A DNA stretch of 64,000 nucleotides from Lama guanicoe (GCA_013239625.1 MU053588.1:2862508-2926507); one strand, 5' to 3'; positions 26,885 to 40,547 are shown, numbered from the stretch's first letter. Numbers and translations: made by a program. The notes: a model not told the origin generated them from the sequence alone.

Positions 26885-27322
26885 GACCAATTACCAGTAT
26901 TGAAATTGAGTCAGTAATTCAAAAACTCCCAACAAACAAAAGTCCAGGACCAGAAGGCTTCACCAGTGAATTCTACCAAACATTCAGAGAAGTTAACACC
27001 TATCCTTCAGAAACTATTCCAATAAATCCCCTTGGTTTGGGGGAAAAAGGCGAGAGACTTGTTTTCTCTTCAGTTGGCTGCCTTGCGAATAGCCTCGCCA
27101 CTGCAAATCTCATCTAGACATTTCAGCTTGCTGCAAGTGGGCAAACCAACCTGGTTCGGTAACAAAACCACCCAGTTTGTGGTAATTTACTATGGCAGCC
27201 CTAGGCAACTAATGCAATTGTTTTTTACATGAAAAGAAAGAAAGAAAGAGAAAGAGAGAAAGGAAGGAAGGAAGGAAGGAAGGAAGGAAGGAAGGAAGGA
27301 AGGAAGGAAGGAAGGAAGAAAA

Positions 27323-27355
<33 letters not shown>

Positions 27356-30062
27356 AAAAAAGAAAAGAAAGAAAAGAAAGAAAAGAAAAGAAAGAAAAGA
27401 AAAGAAAGAAAAGAAGGAAATTATTCCAAAAAATTGCAGAGGAAGGAACACTTCTGAACTCATTCTATGAGGCCAGCATCACACTGTACCAAAACTAAAG
27501 ACATCACAAAAAAGAAAATTGCAGGCCAATATCACTTATGAACATAGATGCAAAAATCCTCAACAAAATAGCAGCAAACAGAATACAACGATATATTAAA
27601 AGGATCATACACCATATCAAGTGGGATTTATCCTAGAGATGCAAGGATTTTTCAGTATCTGCAAATCAATGTAATACATTACACTAAAAAAATTAATAAT
27701 AAAAACTAAATGGTCATTTCAAGAGATGCAGAAAAAGCTTTTGATAAAATTCAACATCTAATTATAATAAAAAAAAAACTCCAGAAAGTAGGCATAGAGG
27801 GAACACACTTGAACATAATAAAGGTCATATATGACAAACCCACAGCTAACATCATACTCAGTGGTGAAAAGATGAAAGCATTTCCTTTGAATTAGGAACA
27901 AGACAAGGATGCCCACTCTTGCCAGTTTTATCCAACATAGTTGGAAGTCCTAGCCCCAGCAATCAGAGAAGATAAAAAAATTAAAAAAAATCCAAACTGG
28001 AAAGGAAGAAGTAAAGCTGTCACTGTTTGCAGATGACATGATATTACAGATAGAAAATCCTAAAGACACCACCAGAAAACTACTACAGCTCATCAATGAA
28101 TTTGGTAAAGTTGCATGATAAAAAATTAATATACAGAAACCTGTTGCATTTCTATACACTCATAGCAAACTATCAGAAAGAGAAATGAAAGAAACAATCC
28201 CATTTAGCATCACATCAAAAGAAACAAAAAAGCTAGAAATAAACCTACCTAAGGAGGCAAAAGATCTGTACTTGGAAAACTGTAAGACACTGATGAAAGA
28301 AATTGAAGATGATACAAATGGAAAGATACCATGCTCATGGACTGGAAGAATTATATTGTTAAAATGGCCATACTTCCCAAGGTAACCTACAGATTCAATG
28401 CAACCCCTATCAAGTTATCAATGGCATTTTTCACAGAACTAGAACAAATAATTTAAACATTTGCATGGAAACACAAAAGACCCCTAATAGCCAAAACAAT
28501 CCTGAGAAAGAGCAGAGCTGGAAGAATCATACTCCCTGACTTCAGACTATACTACAAAGTTCAGTAATCAAAACAGCATGGTACTGGCACAAAGAGAGAC
28601 ACATAGATCAATGGGATAGGATAGAAAGTCCAGAAATAAACCCATGCACTTACAGTCAATTAATGTCTGACAAAGGAGGCAAGAATATACAATGGAGAAA
28701 AGACAATCTCTTCAATAAGTGGTGCTGAGAAAACTGGACAGCTACCTGTAAAAGAATGAAACTAGAACATTCTCTAACACCACATACAGAAGTAAACTCA
28801 AATGGATTAAAGACTTGAATGTAAGACTGATACTATAAAACTCCTAGAGGAAAACATAGGCAGAACACTCTTTGACATAAACTGCAGCATTTTTTTTTCA
28901 TCCAGCTCCTAATGAAAAGGAAATAAAAGCAAAAATAAATAAATGGGACCTAATTAAACTTAAAAGCTCTTGCACAGCAAAGGAAATCATCTACAAAACA
29001 AACAAAAATCTACTGAATGGGAGAAGATACGTGCAAATGATATGACTGATAAGGGGTTAATATCCAACATACATAAACAGCTCATACAACTCAACACCAA
29101 AAAGCAAACAATCCGATTAAAAAATGAGCAGAAGAACTGAATAAATATTTTTCCAAAGAGGAAATGCAGATGGGCAACAGGCACATGAAAAGATGCTCAA
29201 CATTGCTAATCATCAGGGAAACACAAATCAAATCCACAATGAGGTATCACCTCACACTGTCAGAATGGCCATCATCAAAAAGAGCACAAAAAACAAACAT
29301 TGGTGAGGATGTGGAGAACAGGGAACCCTTATACACTGCTGCAGGGAATGTAAATTAATGCAGCCACTGTGGAGAAGAGTATGAAGGTTCCTCAAAAAAA
29401 CTGAAAATAAAGCTACCACATGACCCAACAATTCCATCCCTAGTTATATATCTAAGGAAAATGAAGACACTAAGTCAAAAAGATACATTAACCTCAGTGT
29501 TCATAACAGCATTATTTACAATAACTAAGATATTGAAGCAAATCAAGTGTCCATCAGCAGATAAATGGATAAAGATGTGTTTTACATATATATAAAAAAT
29601 ATATTATATATATATACACACATATACATACAATGGAATATTACTCAGCCATAAAAAGAATGAAATTTTGCCATTTGCAACGGTATGGATGGACCTGGAG
29701 TATATTATGCTTAGTGAAATAAGTCAGACAGAGAAAGAAGAATAATGTATGTTATCACTCATATATGGAATCTAAAAATTAAACAAATACATGAATGTAA
29801 CAAAGGAGAAAAAGACTCACAGATATAGAGAACCAACTATACCAGTGGGGAGAGGGAAGGGGAAAGCGGCAAGATAAGGGTGGGACTAAGAGGTACAACC
29901 TACTATGTATAAAATAAATCAGCTACAAGGACATATTGTACAGCATAGGGAATATAGGCAATATTTTATAATAACTTTAAATAAGTGTAATCTATAAAAT
30001 TTTGAATCACTATGTTATACACTGGAAACTAATATCGCATTATAAAGAAACTACATCTTAAA
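26885..30062 (+). mobile_element. 5'-truncated degenerate L1 (ORF2 RT to 3'UTR) nested in an older L1M (~26800-30905)
   Basis: ORF2 pieces [35 protein letters not shown], with many stops and frameshifts. Confidence 0.92.
27229..27418 (+). repeat. Compound (GAAA)n/(GGAA)n microsatellite
   Basis: Directly visible purine repeat. Confidence 0.95.
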
Positions 30063-31207
30063 AAGAAAATCAAGTGACTTGGATAGAAATTTCTCCAAAG
30101 AAGATATACAAATAGCCATTAAGCACATGTAAATCGTTCGTCATCACTGGTCATTAGGGACGTGCACATTAAAAACACAATGAGACACCACTTCACGCCC
30201 ACTAGGAATGACTGTAACCCAAAAAATGGGAAACAGCAAGTGTGGATGAGGATGTGAAGGTATTGGAGCCCTGCTGCATTGCTGGTGGGAATGTAAAATG
30301 GTGTAGCAACTGTGGAAAACAGCCTGGCAGTTTCTCAAAAAGTTAAACATAAAGTTACCGTATGACCCAGCAATTCCACTTCTAGGTGTATACCCAAGGG
30401 AAATGGAAACATAGGTCCACACAAAGACTTGTACATAAATGTTCATAGCAGGGTTGTCCACGAGAGCCAAATAATGGAAGTAATCCAAATGTCCACACAT
30501 GATGAATATACATGTCATGTAACCAACTGTACATTATTCAGCTGTAGAAAGGAATGAAGGACTGATACACGCTACATTGTGGATAAACCTTGAAAACACT
30601 ATGCTCTGAAAGAAGCTGAATACAAGGCCACATATGGCATGATTTCATTTGTATGAAATGTCCAGAAGAGGCAAATCCACAGAGAAAGTAGATTAGTGGT
30701 GGCCCGGGGTGGGGTGGGGGGCGGTGACGGAAGGGGAGAACAGGGAATGATTGCTTAACTGGTACGAGGTTTTATTCTGAGGTGATGAAAATGTTCTGGA
30801 GTTACGTAGTGGGGATGGTCATCCAGCATGAATATACTATATATAAGCCACTGAATTGTACACTTTAAAAGGGTCACTTTTATGATGTGTAAATTTATAT
30901 CCCCCCAAATTGAAGTGTTGGTCAGTAGAGGACACAGGTGGGCCGGAGGCTGGACGGGGCAGGGCTGTGGGGAGGGGGAAGCCGGTGGGGAGGAGGCTCA
31001 GGAGACTGATCGGCAGGACTGGGGTGGGGAGGGGCGTTAGCCTGATGACCGAGGGACGGGGACACAGAGGAGGAGTGGTTTGGGGGGAGGATCACGTGTG
31101 GTTCTGTTGCAGCTTGACTGTGTGCATGGGAGGCTATTAGGAAAATCAAAAATTACTTGCCTGATTTGTGTTTCTATTGAACGCACACCTGCTGTGGCGG
31201 ACTGCTT

Positions 31208-31222
31208 CCACCAGATGGCGCC
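31208..31222 (+). promoter_or_regulatory. CTCF core motif
   Basis: CCACCAGATGGCGCC, a near-consensus CTCF site in a short non-repetitive island. Confidence 0.6.
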
Positions 31223-31324
31223 AAACACAGGCTTCTGCAGCCCCACCAGCTATGGGAGAAACCGGGTAGAGCTGGTGTAGGAGGGGAGAAACTCCAAGAT
31301 CTGGTGAGTGGGAGACAGGCAATA

Positions 31325-32010
31325 CAGTAGGCTGAATAATTACCCCCAAAGATATCTATGTTGTAATCCCTGTAACCTGTGAATGTTACCTTTTATGAAA
31401 AAAGGGACTTTGCAGATTTATGATTTTATGAAAGATACTGAGATGAGACGACTATGGTGGACTGTCTGGGTGAGCCCTAAATGGAATCACCGAAGCAACA
31501 GGCTGTGTGAGGAAGAGGCCACAAGCCAAGAATTGCAGTGGCCTTGAGATGATGGAAAAAATAAGGTAACAGGTTCTCTCCTGAAGCCTCCAGAAGGAAC
31601 GCAGCTCTGCCAACACCTTGATTTTAGTCTTCTGACTTCCAAAATGGTAACAGAATAAATGTGTGTTGTTTGAAGCCACTAAACTTGTGGCTGATTGAGA
31701 GATGGGCCCTTTGGCAGGTAATTAAAGTTACATGAGGTCATGAGGGGAGGCTCTCATGATGGGATCTGTGTCCTTATAAGATCTTTCTCTTTCTCTCTTT
31801 TTCTTTCTTTCTCCCAGCATGCACTGAGGAAGGGCCATGTGAACACACAGAAAGCAGCCTTCTACGAGCCAGGAGGAGAGTGCTCACCAGGAACGAAACT
31901 GGCCAGACCCTTGATCTTGGACTTCCCAGTGTCCAAACTGTAGGAAAATAAATTTCTGTTGTTTAATACTCAGTCAATGGTATTTTGTTGTGGTAGTCCA
32001 AGCTCATGTG
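31325..32010 (+). mobile_element. MLT1-type LTR fragments
   Basis: ggctgaataattacccccaaagat, cctccagaaggaac and aataaatttctgttgttta motifs. Confidence 0.7.
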
Positions 32011-35000
32011 GATTTTGGTGATGCAAGTGGTTCTAGAGGAACAGAATGTTAAAGGTGATTTTCTGAGTTGGTTCTGGGATTTCAGAATTGGCTCTCTAAT
32101 CTGGTTGGACTTAAAGATATTAATGACTCTATTGCTAGTAGTAAGAGCACTGACAGGCCAGGGCTGGCAGCTGAGATACACAGCTTATCTCCACTGGATA
32201 CTCCTACTCAGCCACTTATAAGAAGCAAGGAATTAGGTGACTGTGTATGTGAAACTTGCCAACATTTCTGGGGAAATAACAAATATAGTGAGGTTGGCTG
32301 ACTGCTCCTAATGTTGCTGAACAAAGTTGTGAAAGAAAAGGATGATTTCAGGGGTGAGATTCCAGCTCAAGCTGTGCAGAAATAACCTGGAAACTTCTCC
32401 ATGTGCCCTGAAGGAGACCCTTGTCTCTTGTAGTCACAGGGCTGATGTTCTTGAAAATCAAATGTAGGATCTCGTCCTGTGACTGGGTGAATATCAGCCT
32501 CTTGGGGTGTTTACTGTCAAAGGAAGGGCATCGACTGGGAAAGAACGAGATCCTACCAGTTTGGATGGAGACATTTAGGAAGACCCTGGTGAAGCTAGGG
32601 ACATTGAGCCCCTCAATTCTGATGAGTCTCTTTTGCCAGTGGAACAGGTCTCCGCACCCAAGTCTGAGGGGCTGAAGCCTGCATCACCTGAGGAAACGGC
32701 AATGCCTCCCTGGGGGCCGTCGTCTTGCAAGATGATGCAGATTCTCCTCAGGACCCACCGCCACCACCTCTCAGCATCTACCCATAACTAGACTCAAGTC
32801 CCAACGGACCCCTAAAGGCGAGGCACAAAGTGTGACCCCTGAGGAGGTGCACTGTACTCCAAAGGCACTACTTGAGAAATCTGGGAAACACGGTGGGAAT
32901 GGATGCTAGGGGTGTGGGACGGCGGGGGAAGGAACCCAAAGTTGGATGGGGCTGAATTTATCGATGTGGGCTCTCTACGCAGAGATTCTGCACTTAATGC
33001 TGCAGCTCAGGGAGCTAGAAAGGGCTCTAATGGTTTGGTTGGTTGGTTGGTTCTCTGGCTGAAAAGGGGACTAAAGTTGGCACACAAGGAGCAAATTAGA
33101 AGTGCCAGATCTCATGTGGCTTAATGCAGTGGGAAGGATTCAGGGACTCTGGGAGACGGGACTGCTAGGTGGATGTCATTGAGACCTACTCACCCACATG
33201 GGGAGGGTCCAGAGGACATACCTGTCACCATGACTGAAAGAAGCAAATTTGTGAGCCGAGTCCCAGCATCCTTGGAGAGCTCCGTGACCGCTGTTCTCTG
33301 CAGGCCCCCTTACAGTGGGACTTGCCGTCACTGAGTTGGGAAACCTAGATACAATGGGAATAATCAGATCTTGGGGTGGCAGGGGGCAAGATGCAGCGCT
33401 CCACGGCCAAAGGCAGGGTGGATGTGGTTACCCTGTGGACAGCAGGGTCAAGGGAGCAATCAGAACAGCCTGACCTGCAGGCCTTCAGCCTGGGCTGGTT
33501 GGTGACGGTCTTCCTAGATGTGAGATATGTAGGAAGCCTACTAAATTCTCACTTGATCTGTATAAGCAGAAGAGTTTTAAGTCAAGCAAACAAAAGTTTA
33601 ACCTGACTCATAAAAACAGAGTCAAGTTTCCTCAGTCAGTTCCCAGGCTCGAGTCAGTTTATAGACCTAGAATCCTTTCAATGAAGGGAAGGCTGGGTTC
33701 CCTTGAGGAAGAACTCTGGGATAAAAATTTATACTGCTAATCTTTCTCTCAGTCTTCCTCAAAGAGACCTGTGGCCTTTTACCACAGTCACTGTGCGTTG
33801 CAGGAAAAGAAATAATCAGACCTTTTGGGGACTATGGGACATTGGCTCTGAACTGACATTTATTCCACGGGACACAGAATGTCACTGTCATTCACCAGTC
33901 AGAATAGGAACTTACAGAGATGAAGTGGTCCATGGAGTTTTACCTCAGATCTGTCTCACGGCGGGCCCCGTGGGGCCCCGGACTCGTCCTGTGGGTACTT
34001 CCACTTCTGGAATGCATAATTGGAATCAATACACTCAGCAGCTGCAGAATCCCCACAGTGGTTCCCTGACCTGCAAAGTGAGGGCTTGTAGGTTGGGCAA
34101 GGCCAAGTGAAAGTCATTAAGCTTCCTTTACCTAGGAGGATGGTCAACCAAAAGCAATATTGCATCCCTGGAGGGGCTGCAGAGACCAGTGCCACTGTCA
34201 AGGGCTTGAAGGAGGCAGCGGTGGTGATTCCCCAGTCACCCCCAATTCAACTTGCCTATTTGGCCCGTGCAGAAGGCGGACCTTGGAGAATGACAGTGGA
34301 TTATCCTAAGCTTGAGTAGGTGGTGACTCCAATTGCATCTGCTGAGCCAGACATGGCTCATTGCTTGAGCAAACTGACACATCCCCTGTGCCGGGGATGT
34401 AGTTATTGATCACCTTTTCCTCCATCCCTGTCAATAAGACCCACCAGAGCAGTTTGCTTTCAGCTGGCAAGGCCAGTAACCCTCACTGTCCTATTTCAGG
34501 TGTTTATCAGCTCCCTAGCCCTGCATCGTAATTTAGTTCACAGGGATTGTGATCACCTTTCCCTTTCATAAGATAGCACACTGGTCCGTTACATTGATGA
34601 CATGCTGGTTAGACCTAGGGAGCAGGGAGTCGCAACGACTCTGGACTTATTGGTGAGACATTTGTGTGTCAGAGGGTGAGAAATAAATCCAACAAAAATT
34701 TAGGGGCTTTCTACCTCAGTGAAATTTCTAGGTGCCCAGAGGTGAGGGGCATATCAAGATACCTCTTCTAAGGTGAAGGACAAGTGGTGACAACTGGTAC
34801 TTCCCACAGCCAGAAGAAAGGCACAAGGCCGAGTGGGCCTCTTTGAATTTTCTAGGTAACATATTCCTCATTTGGGTGTGTTCCTTAGGCCCATTCACCG
34901 AGTGACCCAAAAAGCTGCTAGTTTTGAGTGGTATGCAGAAAAAGAGAGGGCTGCCATGGGCCCATGCTCTGTGACAGCTGCTCTGCCAGTTGGGCCAGAT

Positions 35001-36070
35001 GATCCAACAGATCCAGTGGTACCTGGAGTGGCAGTGGCAGAGAGGGTTGCTGTCTGGAACATTTGGTGGATCACAGGCCCTTAGGATTTTGGAGCAAAAC
35101 CCTCTATCCTCCACAGGTAACTCTTCTCCTTTTGAGAAACAGCTCTTGGCCTCCTACTGCGCCTTAGCAGAGACTGAACCCTTGACCGTGGGCCACCAAG
35201 TTACCATATGATCTGAGCTGCCCGTCTTGGACTGGCTGTTATCTTACCCACCAAGCCATACAGTTGGGTGTGCACACCAATATTTCAGCATCAAATGGAA
35301 GTGGTACATACCTGATTGGGTCCAAGCAGGCCCTGAAGGCATAAGTAAGTTACATGAAGATGTGGCCCAAATGACGATGGCCTCCACTCCTGCCTTCTCT
35401 CTCCCAGCCTGCAGCTACAGTCTTACAGGGAGTTTCCTATAATCAGTTGGCTGAGGAAGAGAAGACTCAGCTGGGGGTGGGGATAGCTCAGTGGTAGAGC
35501 ACATGCCTAGCATGCACGAGGTCCTGGGTTCAATCCCCAGTACCTCTATTAAAAAATAAATAAACCTAATTACCACCCCTTCAACAACAACAAAAAGACT
35601 TGGCTGGTTTACAGATGCTCCTGCACGATACTCAAGTGCAAGCATTTACCAAGTGGGCAGCTGCAGTTCTACAGCTCCTTCTGGTGCATCCCTGAAGGCC
35701 AGTGGTGAAGAGATTTCGCTCAGTGGGCAGAACGTCAGGCAGTGCATCTGGTGCTTCACTTTTCTTGGGAGGAGAAATGGCCAGGTGTGTGATCATATAC
35801 TGACTCATGGACTGTGGTTTGGCTGGATGATCAGGGACTTGGAAGGAACATGATTGGTGATAAAATTGGGGGAAAAGTTATGTGGATAGACCTCTTTCAT
35901 TGGAGAAAAAAAATGAAGATATTTGTGTCTCATGTAAATGCTCACCAAAGGGCGACTCAACAGAGAAGGATTTTAATTTTCAAGCAGATAAGATGAGCCA
36001 TTCTGTGCATAACACTCAGCCTCTCCCCAGCCATCCCTGTCATTGCCCAAATGTCTCATACACAAAGTGG
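32010..36070 (+). mobile_element. ERVL internal region (gag-pro-pol), heavily degenerate
   Basis: ERVL leader gattttggt...gtggttctagaggaacag; gag GVWDGGGRNPKLDGAEFIDVG; protease-like LWDIGSELTFIP; RT WRMTVDY and LVRYIDDML; RNase H WFTD. No long ORF. Confidence 0.88.
35475..35594 (+). mobile_element. tRNA-derived SINE (Vic-1-like) inserted in ERVL pol
   Basis: GATAGCTCAGTGGTAGAGCAC...GGGTTCAATCCCC. TSD AAGACT(CA/TG)GCTGG at 35462-35474 and 35595-35607. Confidence 0.88.
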
Positions 36071-36143
36071 TGGTCATTCCATCACCCATTTTTTTTTACA
36101 TTGAAGTTTAGTTGGTTTACAATGCTGTGTTAGTTTCTGGTGT

Positions 36144-36188
<45 letters not shown>

Positions 36189-36284
36189 ATATTCTTTTCC
36201 ATATTTTTTCATTTTAGGTTATTACAAGATATTGAATATTGTTCCCTGTGCTATACTGTAGGACTTTGCCCCACTGGGTCACCT

Positions 36285-36925
36285 TGGTATTAAACCAATC
36301 TTGGGTCCGCTGGCCCTGCCTCAGGAAAGCCAACCTACTGACACCTGATTGAGGTGAAGGAGAGTGCAATGCTTATCACAGGTGCCGAGCAAGGAGTACA
36401 GGTGGCTAATGTCAAAAGACCTGAACTCTTTGATGAATTTCTGGGAACTCCTTGATGGATTTCTTTTTCAAAGGCAAGGTGAGGGAGAGAGTCACAGGGT
36501 GCATGATCATTCTGTGCACCATTCTCTGACTGGCTGATGGCGAGGTAACAGGGTGGTGTCGCAGGGGCTAACATTATCATTTCGCAGGCTCCAGCTTGTC
36601 TGGGGCTATGTGCTCCCGATTATCACACAGTTAGCTTCTTCCATGTGGTTGGGGTTTTAATATGTGCAGAACAACTCAGAAACATGCATCAGACACTGTT
36701 ATCTATGTCCCTCAGGGAGGAACTAAAGATTCTGTGGCTCTGCTATATGGCTGATATATTAAATTGTTACCAGTTTTCCTGGCCCCACAGCTTTTTTTTT
36801 TCTTAGTTGCTACATGTTCACATTCTTCCAATCATTAATTCTTGAGCCAGACATTCTGTGTCCTGGGGAGGCCTGGGCGACTAAAGCTTTTTTACAACCA
36901 AGAAGCAGGTAGAACACATTGCAGG
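36285..36925 (-). mobile_element. ERV LTR, same family as 25892-26515
   Basis: ttgggtccgct...aaagccaacctactgacacc...gtgaaggagagt is the reverse-complement homolog of the 3' end of the 26 kb LTR. Confidence 0.7.
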
Positions 36926-39840
36926 GAGAACTGATGGTGTAAGTTCCAGTCCAAGTCCAAAGGCAGAAGGCATGTCTCAGCTCAAAGATGTTCAGGCAGA
37001 GAGAGCAGATTCTCCCTCGCTTGGTCTTATCTTTTATTCAGGCCTTCAGTGGATTGGATGAGGCCCCTCCACATTGCAGAGGGCAATCTGCTTTACTGCA
37101 TCCACTGACACAAATGTTAATCTTATCTAGACATAAACCCCCTCACAGACATCCCCAGAAGAGTGTGTAACCACATATCTGGTATCTGGGGACCCAGTAG
37201 GCCAGTCAAGCTGACACAGAAAATTAACCAATACAGCTGGTCATAGGGAACCTCTCCTGAGCCCGCAGGTGTGAGTTGAGAGGGTCGGGGCCACCCGTTC
37301 ATGCCTGATCTTGGACGGACCACTTCTGTTTTATGATGAATGTGCTGGGCCTGCCTGACCTAAAGATTTGGAGGGCTTGACAGAATCCAGATTAAGATGA
37401 GGGGCTCTGGCTGCCAGGTCGTGTTACACCTCACGTTCAGAAACTCTCTCTCCCAAGGTGCAGGAATAGGTCAGGAGCTGTTTCTCCGTTGCTCTAGAGT
37501 CTTGGCCTTGCTCTGGAGCCTGAGGAGTCTGCACTTCTCCTCTTTTATTAGATCCTGCCTGAGGCCCCACGAAACGTCTTTTATTCTTCCAACAAGGGTT
37601 AGAAGGAGACACAAGGTACAATCATGTGCCCCCTTTCGGGGAGTGGTCCAGCATACCCAGATTACTGGAGACCTGAAAACTTCAGAGAGAGCAGATACAG
37701 ACAGTGCCCGAGGCCATGGAATGCTCACCCTTTGTTTTGCATTGCTGGTGACTAGATCTGGGCCTGGCACTAATGGGACTGTCATCACGGATATCACTGT
37801 CCTCAATTATACATATTCACGAGCATCCACTTCCACTCTTTGGAGTACATGGGTCTCATAAGGCATTCAGAATAGTCGCCATTTCTTAGCCATCAAGGCT
37901 GATCGTCATGCTGTCACCACTCACCCAGAACACTGCGATTCCGCAGCATGTCCAGACAGGCCAGAACCTTTAGGAACATACTGGGCACAGACCGTGAATG
38001 TATGGTTTTGGTCCCGTGTCAGTGTCAACTGTCCCTGGTTCATCTTCCTGATAAATTGTGAAAAGAATGCATTTGCCAGGTCAACCCTGCATACTGCATA
38101 CCTGAGGCTCTGGTTAGTAACCAGCACAGTGTCTGGCATAGTGGCTGCAGGTGGAGCTACAACTTGGTGACGTTTGTAGTACTCTGCTTTTATCTGCCAT
38201 TATCTATCTGGATTTTGGAGATACCAGGCTGGGGATGTAATGGGACCATCACTCTTGTGTCCTTTTTGAGTGAATCTTAACATCTGCCGTTTGCCCTGGG
38301 ATGTGTTTGTTTGATTTATTATACGCTAGAGGGCAGTATAGAGAAAGAGGTTTCCACTTTGTTTTTCCTGCTGTAAAAGTTCTTGCCCCACAAGTTAAGG
38401 AACCACTGTGAGAATTCTCCCAACTGCTACATAGATTCACTCTCATCATACGTGTGGAGATGAGGAAATGACCATGGGGTGAATTCACGGACTCAGTGGG
38501 GCTGGTATGAGACAGATGTGGACAAGGAAGATTTCAATCAATTTCCTGACCCCCTTAAGCCAAGTACTCTAACAGGCCCATAGCAGTTCTGTGAGTCCCT
38601 GGTTTTCATGCCAACCTGGGCTCCATGTCCAAGAGCTCTTGAAAGATCTGTGTTTTCCTCCTTCCCAGTGTTCAGGTACTCAGATAAATGGCTGTAGGTC
38701 ACTTGTGAGATGGCCTAGGAATCACAGTGGCGTGTACTTGCCTTCATGTTGCAGGGACACTGCTCATGGGGACTGAGCACCTTTATCAGTCAGAGTCTAG
38801 CTAGGAGGACTTTCTCAAGTCTGAACTTGGCAAAGGATCATGACTTTATATTGCAGCAGCTCTGACCTCAGCCTTCTGCTCCTCCGTTCTTCATCTCTCT
38901 CTTTTTTGTGTGTGTGCCTTTTACATTTTTAAAAATCGAAGTATGGTCCTTTTACAATGTTGGGTCAATTTCTGGTGTACAGCATATTCCAGTCATGCAT
39001 GTACATCCATGTATTTGTTTTCATATTCTTTTTCATTATAGGTTACTGCAAGATATTGATTATAGTTCCCTGTGCTATACAGAAGAAACTTGCTGTGTAT
39101 CTATTTTATATATAGTAGTTAGTATCTGTAAATCGTGAACTCCTAATTTATTCCTTTCTGTCCCCTTTCCCCTCTGGTAACCATAAGTTTGTTTTCTATG
39201 TCTGTGAGTCTGTTTCTGTTTTGTAAATAAGTTCATTTGTGTCTTTTTCCCCTTAGATTCCACATATATGGCATTTTTCTTTTTCTTTCTGGCTCACTTC
39301 ACTTAGAATGATGATCTTCAGGTCCATTCATGTTACCGCAAATGGCATTATTTTATTCTTTTTTATGGCTGAGTACTATTCCATTGTATAAAAATGCATC
39401 CTTCATTTCTTGATTCTCTTAAGTGACTGCCTTGCTACCTGTTATATCTCTTGTTCCCCAAGATACCATGTTCTAAGAGCCATCTCCTAGACCCCTGCAG
39501 GTCTGTCTGCACTCTGATGTTGCTGCCAATTATGGTAATTATGTCTCCCTTGCTTCTGATGGCTCAGTGCTGGCCTCTGCTTTTCCCAGATCCTCATCCC
39601 CCATTGCTACTAGGGAGCCCTGCTCTGTAACAGCACCTCCTGTCTGTGTTCAGCCCTGACCTATGGAGGAGGGTCTCCAATTGCACGTCAGTGGTACTGG
39701 TGCCCCTTTTCACCAGTGCTCTTCTCACCAGCCCTCCTGGGGATCCTAGATGGCCAATGGGCTTCCTCTTTAGATAGGAGACCTGTCCCACCCAGCATGC
39801 ATACTTCCCTGAAGGTTTTGAGCCCTTGCCCCACTGCGAT
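36925..39840 (-). mobile_element. MLT2-type LTR plus ERVL internal remnant, with an L1 3' fragment at ~38905-39395
   Basis: LTR terminus gtcaagctgacacagaaaattaaccaataca (~37235); RT motif VDLANAFFS on the - strand (~38060). Confidence 0.7.
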
Positions 39841-40092
39841 ACTGTGGTGCAATTCAATTCTGATGTTGACTACCTGGAATTAGTGCAGACCTCACAGGCT
39901 AAGGACAGGTTCTTCCACGAGACCACCTTCACATTAAGTGCTAGCCCCACATTTGATGTCCCCATGCCACCCATACTTCTAATCAACTTGCTGCAAATTC
40001 AGAGGATCCCATAACACCCTCAGATTGGATATTTTGCTAGAATGACTAAATAAACTCAGGAAAATGCTATTTATGCTTCATAGTATTGTAGC

Positions 40093-40547
40093 TGTCAGCG
40101 GCACAGTATCTGCACAAACACCATGCAGAGTCAAGCGAAGCAGTTCTCTGTTTATTGATTCTTAGAGAAGGATTTATATAGAACATGCATGCTGCCTCAC
40201 ATATCATCTAAGTTATAACAATGTTAATAATCTTAAGCTAGTTAGGTTCCCAGGCTCTAGGTTCCCAGACTCCTGCAGTAAGCACAGGATGTTACATGAT
40301 CAAGGACAGACTGTTTTAAAGTTCGTCACGAAACTTCATTAAATAGGCCATCTCTCATCCAGCCGGCTGTGCCTGTCTGAGGTGGTCCTCCTCTGAGGAT
40401 CTCACCCGTCGATGGCTATCCAGCTGTCCAGACTGGATACGTTAGGTAGGCCATCTCTTATCCAGCCGGCTACGTGACATTTCTCACAACTTGTTTATCA
40501 GTTCAGCCCATAGCTTATTCTCTAGAGCCTTCAGGTGGGGGCCTACA
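40093..40547 (-). repeat. 3' LTR of the class II ERV
   Basis: TG...CA termini, preceded on - by the PPT AATAATAAAAAGAGGGAATA. TATATAAA at 40173-40180 and AATAAA at 40151-40156. Confidence 0.92.

Noticed and set aside
27209..27498. Lys/Arg/Glu-rich and Phe/Leu/Ser-rich ORFs
   Set aside because: Translations of the microsatellite.
32300..33600. Domesticated Fv1-like ERVL gag gene
   Set aside because: Only short fragments are open; many stops and frameshifts.
35475..35545. Genuine tRNA gene
   Set aside because: It has an A-rich tail, a TSD and dispersed copies, so it is a SINE.
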